From assembly GCA_028023455.1 (NCBI GenBank), contig JAQFVV010000008.1, forward strand, positions 930,001 to 994,000: a stretch of 64,000 nucleotides of DNA. Direction: 5' to 3'. The stretch comes from Epiperipatus broadwayi (taxonomy: Eukaryota > Animalia > Onychophora). Positions within the stretch are counted from its first letter, which is position 1. Every line of letters begins with the position of its first letter. The notes below the pieces were generated by a model, which had not been told where the DNA came from, ran no database searches, and saw nothing but the letters and a program-made list of their open reading frames with translations. The position numbers were made by a program, and so were the translations under genes. Shown piece after piece: positions 51,611 through 64,000 of the stretch.

Positions 51611-52523
51611 TTTTTTTTTTTTTAAATATATTTTTCATTTATTTATAATATTTAATACTGATACATTTATTTTACATTCGCACGCACATATATAATTTTA
51701 CTCTACCCATCAAAACTAGTTTTAATACTTTTTTTTTTTTATTCAATTCGAATGAAAAGAGATTTGTATTTTGAAGCTTTTAATTTATAATAATAACACT
51801 CTTTAACTTTTATGAACTCTTAGTTTTATCTTTTCTAAACAAAACTCCCCCTCTCCCCTTTTAATCAATTAATTTCTATTTTTTTTTTCAAACTCTTTTA
51901 CGAAAGATTTTAATAATAAATAATTTTTTTTTTTATTTTAATAATTTTTTTACACAAAATTATTTTATATAAATGTGCCAAATTGGCCTTGGCACAAATA
52001 TATCATTTTTGGCTTTAAAATATATATAAATCAACTTTTTCTCAATTTTATAATTTATGTTTTTAACTCTCTCTTTTTTTTTTGTGCCAGCTTAACATCT
52101 GATAATGCCATTTCTAGATCCACTGCAAACTTTTTTATGGTATCCTTGGGCAGGTCCTAAAATGTGTACATAAGTCCAAATAAATTTTAATGTTTTTACA
52201 ACTGTGTTTGCAGTGCTTTATCTACTCACTGAAGGTTGTTTTTACATCTACCAAGAATTCTGTGCAATTATTTTATTTTCATTAGTATTTACTTGAATAC
52301 ATGATCAATATCTAAAGTCTTTGGTAAGTTCAATGACAGAAATCAACAACTTTATCAAAATATTTTCCCTGTATGCCTTTAAACAGTTACAAAGCTTTTG
52401 AAATGAAGAAAGCTCTGTAGCAACAATTACTCTGAAATTCCTTACTCAGAAAATTTACTTAAAAAAAATAATGTGCCAGAAAAATAGTGAGACCCAAAAC
52501 TAGTAATTTATTCGACTAATGAT

Positions 52524-52558
52524 TCATCACTGTTTCTGGCTTGAGTATCATCACTGCT
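52524..52558 (-). ncRNA. Decayed family-B hammerhead fragment
   Basis: GTGATGA-TAC(TCAA)GCCA-GAAAC-AGTGATG, similar to 29707-29736. Confidence 0.45.
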
Positions 52559-52703
52559 TTCTGCCAAGATTTGATGTATGTTTTGTTTTTTGTTTTTTAA
52601 AAAAAAAAAAACAGACCATCTTTTAGTAAATGATGCAAAAAGAGAATCTTTTTGCTGTAGAGTTCGCCCCCCCCCCCCCAAAAAAAAAAATTAAAATGCT
52701 TAG

Positions 52704-52779
52704 ATATGTTTTGCACATTCTTCCAAAAGTAAATTGCAATAATATGTTTTGCACATTCTTCCAAAAGTAAATTGCAATA
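52704..52779 (+). repeat. Perfect 38-bp tandem duplication
   Basis: ATATGTTTTGCACATTCTTCCAAAAGTAAATTGCAATA x2. Confidence 0.95.
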
Positions 52780-52893
52780 ATATGCATGTGGTATAAGAAA
52801 AGTTATTTCTTTTCTAAAAGCTATATAGTATAATTAAAGTAATCTTCATCATACATATACTTTTTAGCACCCAGCCTAGTATTTCAAGTTTAC

Positions 52894-53524
52894 ATGGAAG
52901 AATCTATTACATTTAAATATCAGCCTTTCAAAGCTAGTTGTGCATACGCTTTTGCGAGTGTTAATAATAATAAATTAATATTTTCTCTCCAATACAAGAT
53001 ATAGTATTTATGCAGGAATAAAATGAATCCACTTATTCCTACGACTCAAATGCTTATATATGAGCAAATCTGAAGTACTGGCAAGGAAAGCGTGAGATGG
53101 AACAGTCACTTTAAATTACTATATACGATGTCTGAATGAATGACGTCGATGAAATTGTCTAGAATTTACTAAACGTCATTCTAACTGAAACTTAATCATA
53201 TGTAAATAAGCATTTATTTTATATAGCGTATGTTTACAATTGTATTACATTCAAATATCAGCCTTTCAAAGCTAATTGTGCATACACTTTTGCGAGTGTT
53301 AATAATAATAAATGAATACTCTCTCCAATACGAGATATAGTATTTATGCAGGAATAAAATGAATCCACTTATTCCTTAGATTCAAATGCTTATATATGAG
53401 CAAATCTGAAGTACTCGCAAAAGCATAGGCACAATTAGCTTTGAAAGGCTGATATTTTAATGTAATACAATTGTAAACATACGCTATATAAAATAAATGC
53501 TTATTTACATATGGAAGAATCTAT
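52894..53524. mobile_element. Young non-coding insertion with 338-bp direct repeat, 100-bp inverted end and 14-bp TSD
   Basis: ATGGAAGAATCTAT at 52894-52907 and 53511-53524. 52908-53085 repeats at 53246-53415; 53198-53297 is inverted at 53413-53512. Confidence 0.85.
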
Positions 53525-54358
53525 GTAAAGTTTCATCGGTCCTAATTTACATCATGAAATATATTCATATATTCCTAGCAATAAATTTGATTGTATAACA
53601 TGAACTACATATCTAATTGCTATTGATATTTTCTCTTGATGACTGGATATCATGCAGTCTCAATTCACAAAATAATTTTCTTTTAAAATAGTTCCACTTA
53701 TTATATTAACAATTCATTCTTCTAAATAATAATCAAATATTTTATTTCTATATTTCTTGCAAATATTGATCTTGCATTATTGGATCAAATATCCTAAGTA
53801 ATTCAAAATTACTAAGGAAACTTCTATTAGGTGAAATACCTAAATATTTCTCAGATCAATGGAAGGGCAAGTTTTTTTTTCTGATATGAGCTGCACAATT
53901 ACCAATCACTAGATGAAAATTGATGCAATGTTTGTATTTACCAGTCTATCAAACACAAAACTATATTTAAATCCGCTGAATAAAAAAATGAAAAGGTAAA
54001 TTTTTTTTTATTATATTCTTTTATTATTTCCATTCTCAATTTGTTACTTTTTTTTTTTTTACATTACTTCAATAATTTGATTATCTTTCTGAATTTGAAA
54101 AAAGCTTGCAATTCCGGATGATTTCCTCCTCTCTAAAGTTGTATAGGAACTTTTTAGATGAGCCCAGGTCAAACTGGCCTAAATCTGGCTCTTACACAAC
54201 TCATATCTATTATTAATACCATAAAAAAAAATATATCATCATTGTTATCTTAAATTTCAATATCCTTATATATGCTATTTTTATTTCAATTAATTTTATA
54301 TCCACCATGTTTATTTAAATAGAATCTTAAAATAAATTTGCATATGTGTGTATATTAC

Positions 54359-54683
54359 CTTTATCTTCCATATAATTAGAATCAATCTTCTGCTGACATA
54401 TGGATGAATTTGAGCTCTCACCATCACTTTTATTTATTAAATTATTAATCATTTTAAAATTTTTGATTTTAAAACTTTTTTTTCTGAAACGAACTACATC
54501 TTCTCGAAAGTCATTACTTACATGTAATAAATCTTCAGATACATTTATTTCATTAGTCTTAACTTTTTTAAATGAAGGATCATTTGATGTTGATTTCAAA
54601 GATAGTTTTCTTTTGATGTTAAAACTGTCACAGGTTTGATTTTCATGAAAGTCACTTTTATTTACAACTATTTTTGTTTCCAT
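54359..54683 (-). CDS. SLX4: SLX4 first coding exon (METKIVVNKS...MEDK), 108 codons + 1 nt; the exon probably extends upstream to an acceptor at 54906
   Basis: Lys/Ser/Asn-rich ORF from the track, with an in-frame TAA directly before the ATG. A phase-1 donor (AAAG|GTAATA) at 54359 matches the phase of the 43675 exon. Assigned to SLX4 only through this splice compatibility. Confidence 0.65.
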
Positions 54684-57600
54684 TTAATAATATTGCTTAC
54701 ATAAATTATTTAAATGATCTCAGTAATGTACGAAACAATAAATTTTTAATGCTTGAGAATTACGTTATTTTTACTGACTCTTCTTATCTTCAGTTCCGAA
54801 TCCTGTGATAACCCTCCAGTATTTTATAGATTTTTTATTTCTTTTTTCCTGTTCTTCCTTTGTAAAGTTTTCCAATCTTTCAGAATATTTGCTATTCAAA
54901 TAGTAACTGCAAAGAGAAAAGAAAAAAAATTTAAAATTGAATATATACCAAACTATTTATAGTTATATATAAAATAATTATAAATAAAGTAGCATATTAA
55001 TAGTTACCTATTACATAATATTAACATACAAATTCGTGAAAACCACATTTTAAAACATAATACATAAAAATAAAAAAAGATATAATACCTAACCAAAAAG
55101 CATTGTTATAGAAACTCTAAAAGAACGGAAAATAAGGACCAAATGAACCATTTTCTGATATCAGATCATTGCTTCAAATCGAAAGCCAGAGATTTCACCA
55201 AAGCATCCAATACTATCCAGTGACCGAATAGAATCATAATTAAGAAATTCTGCAGTGCTTCTGCAAATAGCTACAGCTCATGACACTATAGGATCTAGCC
55301 ATCTGCAATGGGAATTGTAATTAGTTTATATATATGAGCATATATTATATATGACTTGTAAAAAATCACTCTTATGAATAAGATCATGCTATCTTTTGTA
55401 ACATTCACAAAGAAAGATATGAATGCCATAAAAGAATATGATAGATATTTATGAATGTTTTTTTTTTTTTTTTTGTGAAACATCAGGTATAGACATATTA
55501 TGTTTGCACAATTTCATATAAGTTTTATAACTTTTGTTGTATGAAAATTTACAATGGAATGGAATTAAAACAAAAAATTTAAACAAATTAAAATAATTAT
55601 TCATATAGTTTTTCATTAAAAAATGTCATTACCTATCCCATGAATAAATACAAAATCCATCAAAAAACATTAAATACTTTTTCTATATATTCTAGATCAT
55701 ATCCTAATGAAATAATACTGTGTATTGCAAATTAAGTTGTATTTCTCAGTATGTTTGTCATGAAGTATCTAGCTATATTCAAATAGAATATATTGTTGTA
55801 AAATAATCAAAATTAACCTTATAGGATTTTTTGTTACTTTTGACATATTCAAATCTCTTTATGTGAAAATATGAAAGAATAAAATTAAATACGTTCAAAT
55901 TATTTACGTTATATGTTATTCTTTTTTTTAACCTACTAATTAATCAAGATTTATTGTATATATTTGTAGCCAAACTCTGATTATAATCTTAATATTTCTT
56001 ACAATTAGAATGAAGAAGTATTTTAGTTATTTATGTTGCTTTTATTTTTTTTATTTGATTTGGAGTTTGCTCTGGTAGCAAATCAAAAAGGTTGTATTTA
56101 AAACATTCCTTTTTTTAAAAAAATGCTTTTATGGAAGTTGAAAAATTAGTTTGTTTATATGTTTGGGGGTTTTTTTTTGTTAAGTTTTGACCTTTTTCAA
56201 ATTAGAATAAAATTTTAATATTGAGGTTTAATATATTTAAATTTAATAGAATTGCTTGAAATCTGGTATATAACCAAGTAATACCAGCCTAATCCATGTA
56301 AGACACTCGTCTTTTCAGTAAGTAATCTTAGATATGAAGCAGAAAGTGGGAAAATATTAAATATATTCAATAATTTCATGTATCTCGGTTAAAAATTATT
56401 CTTAGAACTTTCATACTGCTTTAAATCAAAATCACAAGAGTATTTTTTTTCTTTCAATTTAATATCATTTTTATAACATTTTAAAATCAATATTTAATAT
56501 ATTTAATTCCAATATAACTTGTTGAAATTTTGTATATTTGTTTAAAATGTCTATGAAAATGATAGAACACATTAATTTTTTATATAAGTCACTTAGCTTC
56601 TTAAATAGAAAGAGTGAGAGAATGAATGTTTCAAATAATGATTGCTAACAATTTTATTTGTTATAATAGCAAGCTTTATTTAAGTGAAGAAATTGTTTAT
56701 AATATAGTTTTGTTATATCATAAAGAGTATACATATTAACTTACTGCAGAAATATCTAGTAATATATATATAAATTATATATGTCAAATTGATTTAAAAT
56801 AAAATTATATGTATTAAGTGAAGTTCATTTACAATATAATTTTAATAAGCATTTTTTTTTTAAATAAAAAATTTCCAATCAAAATTAATATGTTAAACAT
56901 TTTTCACTCACATTTTCATTTACTGTGCCAATACTAAGAACTTAAAAAATATTAGAGATAAAAATTCTTTTTTATATTAAATGCTTTTATTGATCGTCAC
57001 TAAAAAGTAAAAAAAATAATTTTGTCCAATTACAGATTTAACTTGAATAAAAGCAAGGGTGTGTCTAGAAATTAATTAAGTCAATCCCTAATGCTTTTAT
57101 TTTAACTTAAATCTAAAAACCCCAACTGTGGTTAAACAATTACTTTTTGTTTTATTTTTAGTGCACGGTCAGTAAAAAGCATTTAATATTAAAAAAATTT
57201 ATATGTCTATTAATTTTAATTTCAAGCAGAAGCTTGATAATAAAAAAAAAGTTAAAATGCAACTACATAAATAAGTGCATTGGTTACAGCTTTGAATCCT
57301 AAATCCTTAATGATAAACACAAAGATCAAAAACCATTCTAGGAATAGGAATTAAATCTGGTAACCTTTGACAACTCAAACTTTCAATAGATAACAAAAGT
57401 TAGAAAAAGGAGAAATGCTTTTGAGAATATATATAATAAGCTATGAAAGTTAAATGATCTGTAGGTATTTTGTAAAATCTATTAATTTTGATGGCATGTC
57501 TACCCTTTTAAATATATGTAAAATTTGATCAATTACTAAGCTAGTTAAAAGAAATTAGTAATGATATTAACAAATTTGTATTCACTTAAAGAGACTTTAT

Positions 57601-59175
57601 TTGACATTTCTTTGTTAACCTATTAAATTAGAATTTTAGTCTTATTAAAATTTAATGTGATGTAAAATGATTACTCATTAGACAATGTCAGAAGTTTCTG
57701 TATGTACGCCATATACCAGAGATTTTTCCAATTTAAGATAAAGTGAAATTGAGATAAAAAGTTGACTTGTATATACTCTTTCCATTTAAACTAAATCCAA
57801 AGTTTCTGAACGAACAAACACTGAATGTTTTCATTAACTAAATTTATATGAAGTTTGGAGGAATCCACAAGATGTTATCAAAGTGTGGTTTATTTAAATC
57901 AATGACTTTTTTGTTCCATTTGGTCAAATGCATATAAATTTATAAAATTGTCACATAAAAAATTGTTTTATATAACATGAATTTGAAGAAAAGTATTTAA
58001 AAATTTTTTTTCTTTCTCTTGAATTTTAATTATACCTTAATAACTATATCAATAAATTATTAACTAGTAACATGACTTCAACTAACATATTGCTATTGTA
58101 GCAGCATAATTTTTCACTTTCTCTATCCACTTACTAGAAGCTTTATTTGTAGTAGTGATAGGTGTCAAACAGAGATTTATTAAGCACTGTCACTTGGCAT
58201 GTATCATTACTTACTAAAGCTTACAGTAATTCATTGAGAAGTTGAAAAAGCATAATTATATAAAGGAAGAAATATTAACAAAAACTGAGAAAAAGGATAT
58301 TAAGACTTGAAATGATAGAGGTAAACACTTTCTAAGTCATCTAATGATTGAAAACTGTGTTCATACTTTAACATAGTATAACCCTTAGAGCAACATAAGC
58401 AAGGCAATTATCCCAGCCCTTCATTTGAAAAGGCCCAAAGTAATAATAATACTAAAAAAATTATTAAACAAAAATATCAATTCACAAGAACTAGCCAGCT
58501 GTTTTAATTTAAAACAATGCAACAAAAATAATTTATTTATTAAAATTTCATATGCTAATAAATACGTCTCTTTGGTTCTTATCACCAAAAACCTAATTAA
58601 AAGAAGCAAAGCTATTAATATTGCAACAACGTAAAAAGCACAAACTTTTTATTTTACCATCGAGATTAATTGATGCTACATTAAAAAGCTTCAAATGAAT
58701 ATAAAATAAATTCTGAATGTCACCCTTGTAAGATTAATTCTTTGCTTAAAAAAGATTCAATTACTAATCTGAACAATGAAAACTATTTTCATTAAATTCT
58801 CAAATTAATCAAATCAGTTTGAATCCCTAAATCTTAAAATTAGTCACTAAATGATAATTTTATTATGTATCAAAATGATAATAAAAAAACTGAAGCAACA
58901 AATGTATCTCTGATGTGTCCATTAGATATTGAAAAAAAATTACATTCAAGAAATTAACAAAGTAAACCAGACAGAAGAAATGTACTAAGATGCTTATGTT
59001 TAATGGAAGTCTAAAATTTCTTAGATTTTATTGCATCTTTACAAAATAAAAAATGGATATATCTCAAAATGAATTTTACATATTGCTTTATTTAATACAC
59101 ATAACAGTTTCAATATTCACATACATGTTCTGAACATTCATACAGAGAAGGTAATCTATGTAATTAAATTTAGCT

Positions 59176-59750
59176 TTTATTAATGCTTAGCATGCTTTTG
59201 ATATATATAGCATATCATAAGCAAACCAATCTCACGTCTTTATATATATACTTGATAAATATTTTAATATATTTAAATTTATTTAATATTCAAAAATATT
59301 TAATTCCTTCAAAAAAAGCCCATTTCTTTGAGAGGGGGGTGCTTATGTCCTTTTTGTTTATCGAGTATCGGACTTTTGCTATTGCCCAAGCCTCTTTAAT
59401 TTTTCGTTTTCTGTCTTCTCTTTCAGTGCATACAATTGCATCTCTAGACAAATCGAATTTACGGCCAGAATTTTGTTCATGGTCTATAAATATTGAAGAA
59501 TGTTCACTTCTTTTATGTGTTCTACTGTACTGGTATTTATGCTGGGCTAGTCTCATTGAGAGATTAGCTCTCGATTTCTTATAATATGCAAGCATCCTCC
59601 TCTCAAAGAAATAGGCTCTTGGAAGGAATTTAAATATTTTTGATTAAATAAATAAAATTAAATATATTAAAATATTTATCAACTATACATATAAGCTTGG
59701 AACAATAAAGAAGTGAGATTGCTATGATTATGATGCTAAGCATTAATAAA
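59176..59750 (-). mobile_element. 5'-truncated Penelope-like element (GIY-YIG C-terminus) with an inverted copy of its 3' end
   Basis: RLAQHK...DHEQNSGRKFD...ERED RKRKIKEAWAI...INK...LSKKW; arms 59176-59309 and 59621-59750 are inverted copies. Confidence 0.85.
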
Positions 59751-60830
59751 AAATTAAATTAAATTATATAGACTAACTTTTCTTAGAAATATCCAGAACA
59801 TTTTATATTACAATTACCCAGAAAAAAAAAAACAATCTTTGGAATTGATTTACATAAGACTTTCAACTAATTAGCAGTCTTTTTCAGGTATTTGACTCAT
59901 CTTATTTCTACTTTGGAATAAGATGCATCAGTTATCTGAAAAAGATTGTTAGTTATATGAAACTGACTAGTACATTAAATAAACCATTGTAAAAATTGCA
60001 TTTTGAAAAATCTGTTGTTTTTTTTTAATTTGTAAATGTTTAATGAATAATGACACTGAAAAATAATTACATCCTTCCTCAAACAAACAAAAATTCTATC
60101 AAATTAATGATTACAATTTTTTGATTCAATGAAGATTGCAGATAATTTGATATTTTCTTTGACATAATGTTTTTTATAAATGGATAAAAAAAAAAAATCT
60201 GCTGGAAATAATGCTATACTGTATAAATTTAAATTAGCATATTTTGTTATTGTTTCTATATATTTACCCATCCACAAATACAGCCATTCTAATCTCAGGT
60301 GTGAGGGGAATGAGAATGAGCAAATAGTTAAAAATGAGATTTGCAATGTCTATATTAACTTATTTATGAACCCACAAATTTGAATCAGATTGGTTACTTG
60401 GACATCTCATAATAATGTAATTAAACCTCTTCTGCAGCAAACTTTTTTTCCTCAAAATTTAATCATATTCTAATTGTAACTTTCCCAAGAAGAAAATAAT
60501 TTTGCATCAGTTTAATTTTAATATTTATAGACTTACATAACCACATTCCAAAGTTAAAAATCTATCTAATGGTCACATGATCTTGATATTATTTTTTCAT
60601 ATTATAAAGTACTCTTAAATAAAAAAATTTAATATCTTTCTTTAATATAGATAACAAGTCAATATTTCATTTTCATGCAACAAATTTAGCAAAATAATAA
60701 CCTCATGTAAAATTAATTTATATTAAATAATTATATCTCTGTGATAAAATATCTATTCTTTAAATTACTAAATACAGCAGCATACTAAAGAGTTTGCTGT
60801 ATTTAACATCTTAAGTCAACCCTTTCTATC

Positions 60831-63800
60831 TGTTATATTTCAACTTACCTTCAACTAATGGACTATGTCCAGATTTCCATCTTATCTCGATCAGAATGCG
60901 CATTCATCGCCAAAGACCAATAGATATATGAATAGATAACACATATCCAATAAAAGAAATGTATGACGATGCTCAGTAAATCAGATTGTTTTCATTATGG
61001 ATGGGGATTTGGTTATAAATAGTCAAACCAATTGGAGGTATAGTGAGACAACAATTTACTATCAAAGCTGAATAGCAAGCCATATCTTATCCACTGTATG
61101 GCTGAAGCAATGATGCAAGTTCTGTAAGAACTGGAAGCTGCTAGAACCTAAATCAGACATGAGGCAAGCTGTCATGGTAAAGTTGCAAATGTCATGGTAT
61201 CTACTCACAAGCCAAGCTGTCACAGTCGATAGAACTGGTGGAAGTAATAGGTAAATCCAGAAGAGTACCTGAAGTCCCTTACATTATTAATTGCATGGCA
61301 ACTAAATGCTGTACCAAGCCAATGGTATCAAGTGAATGTATGACAGTTATATATATTGTAAATACGTATTTGTATATTTCTTTTAATTAATAAATATTTA
61401 ACTAATTCTAAGGCAGTATTTCCTTTGATTATTCTGAATGTTTCCTATATATGTAATTAGAGGGATTTGAACTCAGAATTTTTCAGTCTAATCATCCTCC
61501 ATTCTATCTCAAGCAACCAACATACATGACAACACACACAATTCAGCATGAAATACCTAAATTGGGGATAATGTATCTTCTTCGCATGTGTATGGGTTGC
61601 TTGGTATAGAATGGAGGATGTCAAATCGAGTTAAATATTTAATTGTATTTTTATGAATTTGTGTTTATCATAACCACACAATAATCAACAGTTTGGAGCA
61701 GTCATCAACATTATTAAAATGTCAATAAAAATTTTAAAAAATCAAATTTGAGTGGTTACTCATTAACTATAAAGACACAATCTTCCTCCCATGGGTTGTT
61801 TAGATCTATGTTATTAAAAATTGATAGCTAGCACATTAATAGAAATTTAGAGAAAAAAAAAATCAAATGCGAGTCGTTACTTGTTAACTATATAATCAAA
61901 AATTTTTTTTTCTCACAGCAGAAAAAAAAATCAATGGCTAAGATTGGCTCATTAGAAAAGTTCAATTCAGCTATCATGAAAATTACCCATCCCACATGGA
62001 TTGAGTAAATGCAGGCTAATCAAATCAAAAAGCCTGACTTAAAATTATCCACATTTGTGTTTATATGTGGATCTCAGATCTATGATGTAGTACCTGTACA
62101 AGCGGCCCCAGGCTGTTAGCTGAGCTTGAGTTTGATAAAGCATTATCTCTATTGTCCAACTTTTTCTGTCCAAAATCCTTAACGATAGTGCACAGATACT
62201 ACTTAAATCTCTATACAAGGATGGGGAAAAAAAGTCACAAATTGTGCTGTTAAATTCTTAGAAACTTGGCTCTTAATAGCATCTTTAAATACTTCTTCAA
62301 TGAAACCTTGAGAGATTATTTCATGGAATAAAAAAGGTACTATCTTAGGGTCAAGCTGTTGACGGACGCTGATATCATGTTTGATTCAACTGGTTCTTAA
62401 GCAATTCTAGCAAAATCAACAGCAAGACAGACTGCTCCATTAAACAGAAGTAGTCCCAGCATTAAAGCTGTGGATTGGAGAGTCAGAAAAAGATTTTCCC
62501 AATCAGAACAAGCTTATGGGATTTAAATTGATAATAAAATTGTTAAACTTTGTTATAACTGTGACACAGCAAATGATGCACATACCAAATGTTCACACCA
62601 GGATACAGTGTGTAGACATTGGAAGTGTTTCAGTCATATGGAAACTGCTTGTTTTAATTAAAAAGTAAAAAATCAAGTGGCTCAGACAAGAATGAAAGAA
62701 TCCACTCCAAAAAGCCAAAAAAAAGCAATTTAAAATCAAATAAAATCAACAATGCCTGTGTAAAATGTGAGATGCATTAATTCAATTTCAAACAAAAAAT
62801 TATATTAATGATACACCAATAACAATGGAACTGGACACCGGATATGCAGTGTCCGTCATGTCAAAAAGAAGTGGGCTATCATAAATAGAAAAAATAATCA
62901 TTTGCATCCTTGCAGGAGAAGATTACTGATTATCAAGGCAATCAAAATCACTTTTGGGGCAAGTGAGAGTTAAAGATACTATACCTAGTAAAACAATCTA
63001 CTTGCCTCTTGTTGTGTCTGCTAATAAATATAGCAATTTATTAGGCTGTGATTGGTTCAATCACTTAAGCTTTACAGTGACTAAAGTGAAACAGCTCACA
63101 AAAGTAAAATTATAAAAGGTCTACCTAGATATGGATGAAAGCAATCTAACTTTGATCCTTAAGACAAAAAGAAGTGCTGAAATGAGGATAGATGCTCAAG
63201 TTCTATGTTATATGTTCAAAGAATTACTGAAGGGATTCCGGTAGTTGTAATCAAATTAAAGATTGCAAACAATAGTTGTTCAAAAAGCTGATGGACAGCA
63301 ACACCACAGGCACAGAAATCAGCTAAAATTGAATTTTATATCATCAACCATCAGTAAAGAATCACCAACCAATAGCGAAGATTCACAGAGGCTATAAAGG
63401 CAAAGTTTCCAGAACTACAAATGAAGACATGGATCTGTTGTTGAAGTCACAGAATCTGATGAAATCAGAAAACAATGAAGACATTCACCAAAGATCTGAA
63501 TGGCTTCATTCTCCAAGGCTAATTTTAATCAAGGAGAGTGAACGTTGCATCTCAACTTACCTTCAACATATGGATTAGTCCAGATTTCCTTATCTTAATC
63601 GGATTGAACAATCAGCACCACAGGCCACTAGATATATGAATAAATAACATATATTCAATAGAAAAAACAGGCCAAAGATGATGATGCCCAATAAATTAGT
63701 TTGCTTTCATTATAGATGGGGATATGGTTATAATCAGTTCCAGTTAGAGGTATAGTGAGACAACAACAATTTACTGTCAGAGCTGAACGAAATACATACA

Positions 63801-64000
63801 GCATCCATTATATGTTTAAAGCAGTGAAACAAATTCATGTTCAAGCAACTAGAACCTAATTCAGATATGAGGCAAGTTACCACAGAACAGTCAGAAGTGT
63901 CACTATATTTACACATGAGGAAAGCTATCACTCAGCTGCAGTCAACAGACTTATCAAATGGAATAAATCTTTACTTAGCTAATGTTCAAAATGTTTAAGC
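60831..64000 (+). mobile_element. Internally deleted Ty3/gypsy element 2; the 3' LTR runs off the window
   Basis: 60831-61300 repeats from 63543; PPT-like AAGGAGAG before the second LTR; protease MELDTGYAVSV (about 62825) and LPLVV...LLGCDWF (about 63003-63060). Confidence 0.85.
61493..61620. mobile_element. 128-bp MITE-like foldback with about 36-bp inverted arms
   Basis: CATCCTCCATTCTAT.. AAGCAACC ... GGTTGCTT..ATAGAATGGAGGATG. Confidence 0.7.

Noticed and set aside
51960-52450. Protein-like minus-strand frames (DLPKDTIKKFAVDLEMALSDV..., VATELSSFQKLCNCLK...)
   Set aside because: Multiple stops and no diagnostic motif. Possibly a decayed DNA transposase but not supportable, and the apparent exon runs into a stop.
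54060-54190. Possible extra SLX4 exon (RRKSSGIASFFQ..., PIP-like)
   Set aside because: Its donor would be phase 0, incompatible with the phase-1 exon at 43675, and no bridging exon was found.
58200-58900. Possible additional Penelope fragment on the plus strand
   Set aside because: Only a vague LPF..K..I..LKKLL resemblance; too decayed to call.
57280-61475. Scattered B-box-like words (TTTGAATCC at about 57291 and 58818; GGGATTTGAACTC at about 61462)
   Set aside because: Could be old tRNA-SINE heads, but no A box or shared body could be aligned.

Overview
This is very AT-rich eukaryotic DNA, probably an invertebrate animal; no prokaryotic features or CRISPR array are present. The only confidently identified host gene is SLX4 (minus strand). 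Four coding exons (54359-54683, 43564-43675, 29227-29341, 19604-19734) splice in frame and rebuild the tandem UBZ4 zinc fingers; the gene continues past the left edge. Its 10-20 kb introns are filled with mobile DNA: (1) a decayed Ty3/gypsy element (355-18600) whose 5' LTR is split by a 13.4 kb TGT...ACA insertion; (2) inside that insertion, a near-intact L1/Tx1 LINE (about 11382-17430); (3) several long LTR-like TGT...ACA elements; (4) Penelope-like (PLE) GIY-YIG fragments with inverted 3' ends; (5) RTE-type LINE fragments. A second gypsy element (60831 to the end) and a further PLE fragment lie upstream of the gene. The most interesting signal, invisible in the ORF track, is a family of type I hammerhead-ribozyme (HHR) motifs in short non-coding repeats. 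It includes a 375-bp tandem array with an inverted copy (45356-46320), dispersed relatives with covarying stems, and a PLE 3' end that couples a tRNA-like segment to a hammerhead. Together these look like a Penelope-driven retrozyme system. All alignments were done by eye, so element boundaries without a stated junction are approximate.
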